This document shows, one piece after another, positions 42,061-52,425 of a stretch of DNA of 64,000 bases. This stretch comes from Squalus acanthias. Taxonomy: Eukaryota. The notes beneath the pieces are model-generated. The model saw nothing but the letters and a program-made list of their open reading frames with translations. It did no database searches and was not told the DNA's origin. The translations under genes and the position numbers were made by a program. Positions within the stretch are counted from its first letter, which is position 1. Every line of letters begins with the position of its first letter. The stretch is taken from positions 13,890,001 through 13,954,000 of the forward strand of contig CM059433.1 of the NCBI GenBank assembly GCA_030390025.1, in the 5' to 3' direction.

Positions 42061-42204
42061 GCAAACAGATCCGGATGTCTGGGAGAAGGTGGCAACAAAT
42101 CTAAAAGCCTATTGCACCATTTAGCTGCAGTGCCTTGAAAAGTTTAATGACTTCAACAGTTCCAATAAGGTAGGAGACCCCATCATTACCTTATGTTAAT
42201 ACTG

Positions 42205-42960
42205 TGGGCCAGAAATTCGGCTCTCCGGCTTCCCGCGGGTGCAAGGATCGCGCGCGTACTTACCTACCGCGCCTGCCGTTGTGCTTTGGGCCCACGAGGG
42301 CTTCGGCTCCTGGGCCTCCTGCAGCTGCCGGCGCGCAGTGCTTGCGTATCCCAGGGGCGCAGTTAGTTCGAAGCGTCCCCTGGGATCACGTGGGCCATGG
42401 AGAGCCAATCGGAGCAGGGCATTTTCATTCATAGATTTGACAGGAAGACCTGTCAAATCTATGAATAGAGATCGGCCCCAAAACCACACTTAAACTTCAA
42501 ATAAATTTAAAAAAAATCACATTTTTAAAATAACTATAAGTTACATGAATTAACTACTTTAAACAAAAATTTAAATCTTTGAAAAAATTAATTACACTTT
42601 TTAAAAATAAACTTACCTTTCTTTAAAGTATGTAAAAAAGATAAACCTGTTGAAAAAATGTTTAAATAGTACTTAATTCACCACTTACCTTGTTAAAAGC
42701 AGGCCTTGCGCCTCCTTTTTTCCTGCGCAGCTTCTCCGTACTTACCCTCACGGAGAAACCTGAAAAAAAAACCGAAGTTTCGCTGCGTGCGCGCTGCCTC
42801 TCCGGCGCACGCGTTCGACCTCTGAACCCCTTCCTTCAGGGGAACGGAAGTTGCGGTTTCCAGCGCATGCGCAGTGCATGCGCGAAACCGGCACTTCAGG
42901 TGGCCTTACGGGTGAGTACACAGCGCGTACTCACCTGACAACAGCCGAATTTCTGGCCCA
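42205..42960. mobile_element. MITE (related to family D) inserted in the fossil Harbinger intron
   Basis: Perfect 18-bp TIR TGGGCCAGAAATTCGGCT; TSD CTG (equivalently ACTGT). Confidence 0.9.
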
Positions 42961-43036
42961 CTGTGTTCTAAGCATGCATGACACATAGGTTTATGTTTCC
43001 CTCACATCCCATGCATCCCATGAATCCCTATTATGC

Positions 43037-43121
43037 AGCCATGATCTCATTGAATGGCGGAGCAGGCTCGAAGGCCCGAATGGCCTACTCCTGCTCCTAT
43101 TTCTTATGTTCTTATGTTCTT
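43037..43121 (+). mobile_element. CR1 extreme 3' end
   Basis: CAGCCATGATC...GGCCTACTCCTGCTCC followed by (TTCTTATG)n. Confidence 0.85.
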
Positions 43122-44009
43122 ACTTCATAACAGCAACTTTCCTCTGCACATGTTGCTTCTTTCACATCCTTGAATGCTTTACCCCTTGACAATTCCATCT
43201 ACATTACATGCATGTTGCAGGTTCATGCAATCATACCCATTGATGAGTTTCACACTGGCATATGGATATCCCTGTATGTCATCCCAGCAATTTCATTTTT
43301 TCCTTTCTGCTACTGTGCTTGTAGGAGAACACAGCATATAACGAGAGAGAGAGAGAGAACCTGCATGGGGGAATGTACCCCCTCCCCTTCCTCCTCAACC
43401 TGTAACCTTTGAGAAGGCAGCCCAGGAGATCCTTGGCAGAGGTCTTTATGTTATTTGGAGATGAGAAAGTAGGAGAGTAGGAGGCACCAGTTCAGAGTTT
43501 GTATTGATTCTTTACCGCTCATCCTAGTCACTTACTGGCACTAAGCCATACACTGAAGCACAATTCATTGTTACTCATTCTGCTGAAGGTTATATCTGAA
43601 AAGTTCTCCTTAAGATATCATTCGAGCACATGTTTCACTTATCTTTCTCTAGGTGCGGCACATGAAGCATTGCCAGGGGTCAGCAACACTGAACAAGACA
43701 GAATCTCTCAAAATTGTAGCACCACTAACCCTCACCATGCCCTCCACAAGCATCGGCACAGATAAATCCATCATGAGGGATTTTGAAAGTGAGCTAAAGG
43801 AGAATGTGCAGGATGATATACAGAGCATGAGGGAGAAGATGGTAGGAGAGGAACAGCCTGCTATCTGGAGGGCCAGATTACATGCATACTCACCAGAAGG
43901 CTTCTGGGGACTCCAGGGCCATCTGCAGTGGAGCCCCACTTCCTATTGCAGAGGCCACAAGGCCAGTCATAGCATCCCTAGCGAATTCTCAGATGACTGC
44001 CATAGGGGC

Positions 44010-44203
44010 TGTCGTAAGAATGAGCCTTATGCGTGGTGAACTTAAAGTAAGCTTTAATCAACTAAAAAGGTGCTACATACAAAAGAGGTCTTACTCTATG
44101 CCTCTCCAGGATCCAACTGATCAGTCCAGTATTTATCCTGGACTAATCACAGGAAGTGATGCAATAAAGTTCGAGTCACAGGAAGCTGTATTGTGTTACC
44201 ACA
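44010..44203 (-). repeat. 3' LTR of the Gypsy element
   Basis: Direct repeat of 48258-48451, preceded on the minus strand by a G-rich PPT ending GGGGTGAA. Confidence 0.96.
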
Positions 44204-44223
44204 TTCACCCCCCCCCCAAAAGA

Positions 44224-46320
44224 TTAGGAGGCCGGGATGCTCCCTCCATTTCGTAGCCGCTGGACGAGGGAGAGCCGCACCCGTTTGGGTTCTCGTAGCG
44301 GTAGAGGGCCCCTAGCCCGTTTACCCGCCGCGGGCCGTGGACCAGAGTCCGAGTGATCCAGCCCGCTCTGTGAGGGGTCAGGACGATCCTGCCTGTGTAC
44401 TGGTGCCCGAACGGGTGTCGGGCAGGGCTGTGGCAGATCCGTTTCCGAGCGTACGGTACGGGGTGGATCGTGGCTGCGCGTGCGAGCCCCGACGGGCTCA
44501 TCGTCAGTCTGCCCCAGGTCGGCACGCTGGAGTGAGGTACCAGCCGGCGTCAGATCCAGATCGTGATGAGAGGCACCTGGCGAGCCCAGAGATGTGCCTG
44601 GTACAATATCATCCCCTGGTGTCCCTCTATGTTTCGGCGGGCAGGGAGCCAGATCCCGCAATGACACGGTAGATTCCCGACCGTCAGGATACCGAATATA
44701 GGCGTAGGTAGGGTTGACGTCAGTGAGCTCAACTTCATCTACCAGGGGGTCATTCTTAGACGCCCGGACATATCTTCGGAGTAGCACTGGTCCCGGTGTA
44801 GTCAGCCACGACGGGAGAGATATCCCATAGGATGAGCGACGCTGAAATCGGAAGAACCGTTCATGAGGCGTCGTATTTGTGGCGGTCGAAAGGAGGGACC
44901 GTGTGGAGTGTAATGCGTCTGGAAGTACTGCTTCCCATTGCTGGTTGGGTAGGCCCCGAGATCTCAAAGCCAGACGTACCGCATTCCAGATGATAGCGTT
45001 AAAACGCTCGACTTGCCCATTCCCGACCGGATGATAAGGCATCATTCTGCTGGCAGCAATACCCCGTTCCGAGAGATAGGCCTTGAGTTCTCCTGACATA
45101 AAAGAAGGGCCCCGATCCGAATGAACATAGGATGCCATGCCACAGAAAGCAAAAACCTGCTCAAGGCAGCTGATAACCGTGGTCGTCAGCATATTGGGGC
45201 AGGGAAAGGCAAACGGAAAACGGGAATACTCATCGACCATGGTCAACAGATAAGTGTTGCGAGTTGAAGAGGGCAATGGCCCCTTAAAATCGATGCTAAG
45301 CCGTTGCATTGGCTGGGTCGCATGTATGAGTATACCACCCGAGGGGCGGAAAAACTGAGGTTTCAATTCCGCACAGACTCTGCAGTCCGAGCACATCTTC
45401 TTTACATCCCCGGTAGAGAATGGGAGATTTCGGGACCGCACGAAGTGTAGCATGCGAGTAACGCCCGGATGACACAACCCATCATGGATGTCTACGAGCG
45501 TAGAGGGTGCCATGGCGGAGCAGAATGCTCGTGTGAGGGTATCCGGAGCCACATTCTCCTTGCCAGGTCGATAGTGGATGGTGTAACCAAAAGAGGCCAA
45601 TTCCAGCCGCCAAAGCTGGATTTTATTATTTTTAATTTTGGTCCGTTTTTGATTATCGAGCATGAAGGTGACTGATCGCTGGTCCGTGATTAAGGTAAAA
45701 TGCTGGCGAGCTAGGAGATGACTCCACTTCCGTACTGCCTCTATGATGGCTGTAGCTTCTTTCTCGACTGGAGGATAATGTAGCTCAGCCCCTTGAAAAG
45801 TCCTGGACAAAAATGCCACCGGACGACCTTCCTGATTCAGAGTGGCCGAGATCGCCACCTCCGAGGCATCACACTCCACAACAAAAGGAAGACTCTCATC
45901 GATGGAGTGAAGAGCCGCTTTCTCCAACTGTTTTTTCAGGAGGTTAAAGGCTGCAACAGCCGCTGTGTCTAGTGTGAATGTGCTGGCCTTCAGTAGAGGT
46001 TGGATTCGGTCCGAGAAGTTAGGAATCCATTTAGCATAGTATGCAAACAGGCCGAGGGCCCGGCGCAAGGAGGCCGGATTCTTAGGTGGCGGGAGTTCTT
46101 GGAGTGGGCGAAGCCTTTCAGGGTCAGGTTTAATGATGCCATTGCCCACACAATAGCCAAGGATGTTGATGGTTGGTTGTGACTCAATGGATTTAGCCGC
46201 ATTTAATGTCAAATTACGGTGCTGGAGTGCATCCCAAAATCGTTGGAGATTGGCGTCATGTTCCCGCTGATTGCGACCTGCGACAGTAATATTGTCCAGA
46301 TAAGGAAACGTATCCTTCAA
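44224..46320 (-). CDS. Rest of Pol: C-terminal RT (YLDN), RNase H, integrase; joined to the upstream ORF by a 1-nt frameshift
   Basis: YLDN; RNase H CDAS / EKEA / TDQ; integrase HHCC (H..HPG..CRVC), DFKGP, SDRG, NGQVER. No chromodomain visible. Confidence 0.93.
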   Translation of the reverse strand: MKDTFPYLDNITVAGRNQREHDANLQRFWDALQHRNLTLNAAKSIESQPTINILGYCVGNGIIKPDPERLRPLQELPPPKNPASLRRALGLFAYYAKWIPNFSDRIQPLLKASTFTLDTAAVAAFNLLKKQLEKAALHSIDESLPFVVECDASEVAISATLNQEGRPVAFLSRTFQGAELHYPPVEKEATAIIEAVRKWSHLLARQHFTLITDQRSVTFMLDNQKRTKIKNNKIQLWRLELASFGYTIHYRPGKENVAPDTLTRAFCSAMAPSTLVDIHDGLCHPGVTRMLHFVRSRNLPFSTGDVKKMCSDCRVCAELKPQFFRPSGGILIHATQPMQRLSIDFKGPLPSSTRNTYLLTMVDEYSRFPFAFPCPNMLTTTVISCLEQVFAFCGMASYVHSDRGPSFMSGELKAYLSERGIAASRMMPYHPVGNGQVERFNAIIWNAVRLALRSRGLPNQQWEAVLPDALHSTRSLLSTATNTTPHERFFRFQRRSSYGISLPSWLTTPGPVLLRRYVRASKNDPLVDEVELTDVNPTYAYIRYPDGRESTVSLRDLAPCPPKHRGTPGDDIVPGTSLGSPGASHHDLDLTPAGTSLQRADLGQTDDEPVGARTRSHDPPRTVRSETDLPQPCPTPVRAPVHRQDRPDPSQSGLDHSDSGPRPAAGKRARGPLPLREPKRVRLSLVQRLRNGGSIPAS

Positions 46321-48179
46321 GTCTTCTGTTTGACCAGGTCATCCATTGCTCGCTGGAAGACAGCCACTCCATTAGTGACCCCAAAGGGGAGGCGACGAAA
46401 TTGATACAGCCGTTCATTGGCTTCAAAGGCCGTATACTGCTTGTCTGAGACCTTCAAGGGTACCTGATGATAGGCACTTTTCAGATCATATGTTGAGAAC
46501 ACCGTGTACTCAGCCAGTTTATTAACCATATCATCGATGCGCGGCAATGGGTATGCGTCCAAGTCCGTATATTGATTGATGGTCTGTGAATAGTCAATGC
46601 ACAGCCGTTTCTTGTGAGGTTGTAGAGGGTTCTTAACAATAACGACCTGGGCGCGCCATGGCGACGAACAAGGCTCGATGATATCCTCTGCTAAAAGCCG
46701 AGAAATCTCAGCCGCAATAAAAGACTGGTCTTCCTGACTGAAACGTCGTGACTTTGTTATAATCGGTTTGCATCGAGGAGGGATACTGGTAAACAGTGAG
46801 GGTTCATCCAGTGAAGCTGCCGACAATGCACAGAATGGTAATCGAGGTCGTATATTAGAAATAGTGAGTTCAGGTTTGGATCCGCCGAACTCAATGGTGA
46901 GCTTCTTATGCTGCTTTTGAAAATCCAGCCCTAAGATAAGATCACTACATAAATCCTTGAGCACCGAAAGCCGGGTGGAGGGATACCTGTGACCATTAAG
47001 TGTTATTTCAACCATACAAAAGCCAGAAATTCTGGTATTAAGTGATGACTGAGCCATCGCAACTGCCTGGTCCGATGGGAAAACATGTAGCTTTAACTCT
47101 GCAACAATCTGTTCCCTAATGAAACTATCAGTGCTACCTGAGTCAATTAAGGCATCTAAAGTATGTCCATTAATTGATGCTTTTGTAGCTGCATGGAATA
47201 GGTTCTGAGGACAAGCAGCTGTAATTGGTGTCGTTGCACAAAGAGTGGCTGAAACTCTAGGTGTGTTTCTTCGAGAGGAAACCCGAGAGGAAGCATGATA
47301 GATGTTAGCCGGAACATCTTGATAGGCCCTTACCGGGGCAGTTCGGTAGGACTTAGCTTGATAAGCCCTCGTAGAGGCTCTAGATAGGCAAACCTTTGCC
47401 AAATGACCCTTTTTGTTGCAATGACTGCAGAACGCATTGCGAGCAGGGCAGAATTTCCGAGGGTGAAACTCATCACCACAAAAGAAGCATTTCTTAGATT
47501 GCCAAGAGGCTGCCACAGTGGGGTCATCATCCTCTTCATCAGTGAAGTCATCAGATTGATCGTCAGGGATAAAGACCTCCCTAATAGAGTTCACCTGTGG
47601 CCTCTTAAATTGCCTGACTGTAGTTAAGGCAGTAGACCGAGGTCTGGGCACTGTATAAAGGTCTGCATTTCTTTTTGCCAGATCTAGAGAGCAAGCCATG
47701 TCATAAGCTCTCTGAAGCTCAAGTGTCTTACTTTCCAGTAGACGCTGGCGTATAAATGGGGAGGCAAGCCCGCAGATGAAAGCATCACGGATCATTTCTT
47801 CACGGTACAGCTCAGCTGAGGCCGCCTGAAAGTTACAGTCCATACTAAGTCTGCGAAGCTCTTGGAGGAATTTATCAATGGATTCCTCCGGCCCTTGTTG
47901 GGCTGTAGCTAGTAGATGTCTGGCACAGACCTCATTCGGTGTCTTAGTATATAGTCTCTTAAGTGTCCGAATTGCTTCCTCGTAACTGTCCCATTCCTCC
48001 ACATACTGAAATACATTCGGGGTGACACAGTTGATGAGTATCCGCAACTTTGAGTCATCATCAGCCTTGCAGTATTCAAGAAAATTGTCAAACGTGCGAT
48101 ACCAGTGTTTCCACACCTTACCGGCTGCTGGGGTGTTTGGGTCCAAGTCAAGACGCGATGGTTTAAGGATGTTTTCCAT
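46317..48179 (-). CDS. Gag (two CCHC knuckles) - aspartic protease - N-terminal RT, 620 aa
   Basis: CFFCGDEFHPRKFC and CSHCNKKGHLAKVC knuckles; ALIDSGST protease motif; RT motifs SSPW, RLCIDY, YPLPRI, DLKSAYHQ, LPFG. Confidence 0.93.
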   Translation of the reverse strand: MENILKPSRLDLDPNTPAAGKVWKHWYRTFDNFLEYCKADDDSKLRILINCVTPNVFQYVEEWDSYEEAIRTLKRLYTKTPNEVCARHLLATAQQGPEESIDKFLQELRRLSMDCNFQAASAELYREEMIRDAFICGLASPFIRQRLLESKTLELQRAYDMACSLDLAKRNADLYTVPRPRSTALTTVRQFKRPQVNSIREVFIPDDQSDDFTDEEDDDPTVAASWQSKKCFFCGDEFHPRKFCPARNAFCSHCNKKGHLAKVCLSRASTRAYQAKSYRTAPVRAYQDVPANIYHASSRVSSRRNTPRVSATLCATTPITAACPQNLFHAATKASINGHTLDALIDSGSTDSFIREQIVAELKLHVFPSDQAVAMAQSSLNTRISGFCMVEITLNGHRYPSTRLSVLKDLCSDLILGLDFQKQHKKLTIEFGGSKPELTISNIRPRLPFCALSAASLDEPSLFTSIPPRCKPIITKSRRFSQEDQSFIAAEISRLLAEDIIEPCSSPWRAQVVIVKNPLQPHKKRLCIDYSQTINQYTDLDAYPLPRIDDMVNKLAEYTVFSTYDLKSAYHQVPLKVSDKQYTAFEANERLYQFRRLPFGVTNGVAVFQRAMDDLVKQKT

Positions 48180-48257
48180 GATGGGTGATTCCCTGGATCC
48201 TTAGTTCCGAGTTCGTCCAAAAAGTTTGAGTGCAAAGTTTTTCAAAGTTGATTAAAT

Positions 48258-48451
48258 TGTCGTAAGAATGAGCCTTACGCGTGGTGAACTTAAAGTAAGC
48301 TTTAATCAACTAAAAAGGTGCTACATACAAAAGAGGTCTTACTCTATGCCTCTCCAGGATCCAACTGATCAGTCCAGTATTTATCCTGGACTAATCACAG
48401 GAAGTGATGCAATAAAGTTCGAGTCACAGGAAGCTGTATTGTGTTACCACA
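48258..48451 (-). repeat. 5' LTR of the Gypsy element
   Basis: Direct repeat of 44010-44203. TATA-like ATAAATA (48384-48378) and ATTAAA (48306-48301) on the minus strand. Confidence 0.96.
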
Positions 48452-49099
48452 GGGGCCTTGTACTGCAATATGCAACAGGCCCTCTCCTCTGACTTGGACA
48501 GGTTTGCGAATAGGCATGCAGGGACTAATGCTGTTATCTGCCAGGAAAACAACACATCTGGATCTTCCTGCCACCCTCTCTGATGTTCAAATGACTTTGC
48601 CTGTACCAGAAAGCCTGCACCTCAGCTACCTTAGGCTTAAGCTCACTCAACTCGCTCACTCATTTCAACTCAAGATCCACTCACAGATACAGAGCAAAAA
48701 GCTAACTCACATACTCCTGCAACTGAGGAAGCAATAACAAGCAGCCTTCTAATAGATTGTAACCAAGGGAAAGTACTGGGTGCCAAATACTAGTTGTACA
48801 TAAAGATTATATTTAAGAGATTAAAAATGATTTGCCTTAAGTAGTACCGTGTCCACAGAGTGTTCCTGTTATAGTCTTGGATAATATTTCAGCAGGTGAT
48901 AGGAATGACATCTTTGGCAGATCAGTAGTAGGTGAAGGTGTATTTGTTGAGGGCATGGTGAAGATACAGGGAGGGCTGTTTGAGGTAATTATGAGAAGGC
49001 TCTAGCTGCCAACAAAGGCGGTTCAGCAGCTGCATTTTCAGCCTTCTGCATTTCCTCTTGGTCATCTCCTTGCTGCTCTTCATTGCCTTCCTCCTCCAC

Positions 49100-50160
49100 T
49101 TGTTCTATTGTGATGCCTTTTTCGATGGCAACATTGTATAACATGCAATAGACTATGATGATGCAAGAGGTTTGGGCTGGGACGTATTGTAGGACACTCT
49201 AGTCTGAGCTTTTGCATTATTGTGAGGTGTACGTATCTACCGGATTCTTCAGTGAGCCTATGACTACTCAGCGATGACTCTGATAGATTCAGACATCTCA
49301 TTATACATGTGCTCAGCAGTTGTACACAGCTGCTGGAGAGGTGTCATGAGCCGGGCTCCAGCAGATAGCTTTGGTCTCCTCGGAGCCAACCTTGCACTGT
49401 TGCTTTTACATCAAATAATGGGGGCTCGGTAGATTGTCTTAAAATAAAAACATCAAGACTGCGTTATGGGAAATGGAAATTAATTTGCTTGACCTCATGA
49501 AAATGCTGCATATTGATGGAGTGGAGCCCCTTATGTTTCATGAATTGTTATTGTGCGCTGGAACACCGAGGGCTACATAGATACTATCAATATTGTCCGG
49601 GACTTTGGGGAATCCTGCAATGTGATAAAATGCATTGTGACTATATTTCAACAAAACTTCATTGGCTGTGAAGCACTTTGGGACGTCCTAAGGACATAAA
49701 AGATGCTATATAAGTACAAGTTCTTTCGAGCTGATCGTCCGTGGGGAAAGTGACAAAGTTGCTATTTCTGGCAAAACAATGCATCTGTCACCTGCTCGAA
49801 ACATCTGTCCACTACTAACTGATTAGAAGTTGCTGTGTCTCCTGTGGCAGCCTGGAATAAGCCTGAAGCATAAAAATTGAAGGCTATAGTACCCTTAACA
49901 GCCACAGGCTTCTCCTGGAATTCACCCGCAGGTCAAATTACAGCATGTGGCACTACTTTATCATAGCCTGCTGATGAATCAGAGCCTCCACTGAAACTCG
50001 GTCTGCCTTTGCTTCTATATGCAGTTGAGAGCATAAAAGCAGGTGGGTGCAGTCCTCCTCTGGTGCTGTGAGACATTCCTGACACCCCTCCATTCATCCC
50101 CCCCTTCTTCCTCTTCCAAGTAACAGAAATACTGAGGGATTCTCACAGGGCAACCCACTG
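49100..50160 (-). pseudogene. Degenerate PIF/Harbinger (HARBI1-like) transposase
   Basis: Manual translation gives motif fragments in the expected order across frameshifts: PVAVKGTIAFNFYASGLFQAATGD...QVTDALF; AGFPKV..IDSIYVAL; FMKHKGLHSINMQ; DVFILRQS; GDQSY..LMTPL...AEHMYNE; LQYVPAQTSCIIIVYCMLYNVA. A SINE tail interrupts at ~49630-49725. Confidence 0.85.
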
Positions 50161-50309
50161 CCTCAAGCTGTAGCTGGCGAACAGGATATGGGTAGCTCAT
50201 AACTATGCGCTACAAAAGAACTACAAGAGTAACATATATAAAAAAAAACAACTGAAAAGCACAGCTGAAATTTCCAGACTGCAACTTTATATAACTTCAT
50301 GTTCAACAG

Positions 50310-51080
50310 CAGCGAGAGGTCAGAATTGCACAAGAAGCCAGAGTTGGAGGAATGCAAAGTTGGAGGAGGATTGTAGGACTGGAAGAAGTTACAGAAATAG
50401 GGAAGGGTGAGGCCATGGATGGATTTGAACACAAGGAGGAGAATTTTAATAGCGAGGTGTTGGTGGATCAGGAGCCAATGTAGGTCGGCGAGCAAAGGGG
50501 CCGTAGGTGAACGAGTCTTGGTGCGAGTTAGGAGACGGACAGCAAAGTTTTGGATGGGTGGGTGGAAGATGGGAGGCCAGCTAGGGGATCATTGTAATAG
50601 TCGAGTCTGGAGATAACAAAAGCATAGATGAGGGTTTCAGCAGCAGATGGGTTGAGGTAGGGTGGAGACGGGTGATGTTACGGAGATGGAAGTAGGTGGT
50701 CTTTGTGATGGAGAGGATATGGGGTCAGAATCTCAGCTTTGGGTCAAATAAGACACCGAGGTTTCAAACAATCTGGTTCAGCCTGAGGAACTGGCCAGGG
50801 AGGGGGGGTGGAATTGCAGGATAGGGAACGGAGTTTGTGACGGTGACCGAAAACAATGGCTTTGGTCTTTCCAATATTTAAATTGATGAAAATTTTGGCT
50901 CATCCAGGACTGGATGTTGGACAAGCAGTCTGACAAATCAGAGGTAGGGTAGGGGTCGAGTGAGGTGCTGGTGAGGTAGAGCTGGGTGTCGTCAACGTAC
51001 ATGTGGAACCTGATGTCATGTCTTTGAATGATGTTGCCGAGGGGCAGCATGTAGATTACAAATAGGAGGGGGCCAAGGAT
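50310..51080 (-). mobile_element. L2-type LINE RT fragment
   Basis: [28 protein letters not shown]...KILLLVFKSIHGL. Confidence 0.85.
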
Positions 51081-51244
51081 AGACTTGCGGGGGTGGGGGA
51101 CTCATATGTCATACTGCAAGGTGTCTAAAGTATTTTTAAAAAAGTCATTTGATGCTAGGTTTTTTCTGCCTTGGACCCTGATATTTACAAACACCTGCTA
51201 ATCTGCACTTTCCTCACCAAAAGTAACCAACCTTTAATTGATTT

Positions 51245-52425
51245 AAAAAAAAATGTTCCTGGGATGAGGGCACTGTTGGCAAGGCCAGCATTTATTGCCC
51301 ATCTCTAATTGCTCTTGAGAAGGTGGTTTGAGCCACCTTCTTCAACTGCTGCAGTCTGCATGGTGAAGGTACTCCCATAGTGCTGTTATGGAGGGAGTTC
51401 CAGGATTTTGACCCAGCGATGATGAAGGATCGGCGATATATTTCCAACTCAGGATGGTGTGTGACTTGGAGAGGAACTTGGAGGTGGTGGTGTTCCCATG
51501 CGCCTGCTGCCCTTGTCCTTCTAGGTGGAAGAGGTCATGGGTTTGGGAGATGCTGTCGAAGAAGCCTTGGCGAGTCGCTGCAGTGCATCTTGTAGATTGT
51601 ACACACTGCAGACACGGTACGCCGATGGTGGAGGGAGTGAATGTTTAAGGTGGTGGATGGAGTGCCAATCAAGCGGGCTGCTTTGTCCTGGATGGTGTCG
51701 AGTTTGAGTGTTGTTGGAACTGCACTCATCCAGGCAAGTGGAGAGTATTCCATTACACTCCTGACTTGTGCCTTATAGATGGTGGAAAGACTTTGGAGAG
51801 TCAGGAGGTGAGCCCTTTGCCGCATAATACCCAACCTCTGACCTGCTCTTGTTGCCACAGTATTTATGTGGCTGGTCCAGTTAAGTTTCTGGTTAATGGT
51901 GACCCCCAGGATGTTGATGGTGGGGGATTTGACGATGGTAATGCCGTTGAATGTCAAGGGGCAGTGGTTAAACTCTCGCTTGTTGGAGGTAGTCATTGCC
52001 TGGCACTTGTGTGGTGTGAATGTTACCTGCCACTTATCAGCCCAAGCCTGAATGTCATCCTGGTCTTGCTGCATGCGGGCATGGTCTGCTTCATTATCTG
52101 TGGAGTTGCGAATGGCGCTGAACACTGCAATCATCAGCGAACATCCCCACTTCTGACCTTATGTTGGTAAGAATGTCATTTATGAAGCAGCTGAAGATGG
52201 TTGGGCCTAGGACACTGCCTTGAGGAACTCCTGCAGCGATGTCCTGGGGCTGTGATGATTGGCCTCCAACCACCACAACCACCTTCCTTTGTGCTAGGTA
52301 TGACTCCAGCCAGTGGAGAGTTTTCCCCCTGACTCCCATTGACTTCAATTTTACTAGGGCTCCTTGATGCCACACTCGGTCAAATGCTGCCTTGATGTCA
52401 AGGGCAGTCCACTCTCACCTCACCT
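51245..52425 (-). mobile_element. LINE RT fragment, same family as 1228-1678
   Basis: GVPQGSVLGP, MFADD, WADKWQV, YKAQVRSVMEY. Confidence 0.9.

Larger units (their letters stand above)
41510..43440 (+). pseudogene. Degenerate Myb/SANT-like partner gene of the same Harbinger element (spliced, interrupted by L2, MITE and CR1 pieces)
   Basis: ATRFSNGAI (~41513); WEKVATNL...QCLEKFNDF..NK|GT (42080-42171); AG|ENTAYNERERE..GG...TFEKAAQEILG (~43325-43440). Resembles the W..VA...QC.KKFNDL and HN.RER..TGGG pattern of Harbinger Myb proteins. Confidence 0.65.
44010..48451 (-). mobile_element. Full-length Ty3/Gypsy (Mag-like) LTR retrotransposon, recent insertion
   Basis: Two 194-bp TG...CA LTRs (44010-44203, 48258-48451) with 1 mismatch. 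5-bp TSD GGGGC (44005-44009, 48452-48456). Polypurine tract next to the 3' LTR (44204-44217). gag-PR-RT-RH-IN order. Confidence 0.97.

Noticed and set aside
43882..44256. Duplicated gene (same peptide as ORF 48268-48492)
   Set aside because: Antisense read-through of the two LTR copies.
46317..46330. Programmed ribosomal frameshift
   Set aside because: Falls within the RT core with no obvious slippery heptamer; a 1-nt deletion or sequencing error is simpler.
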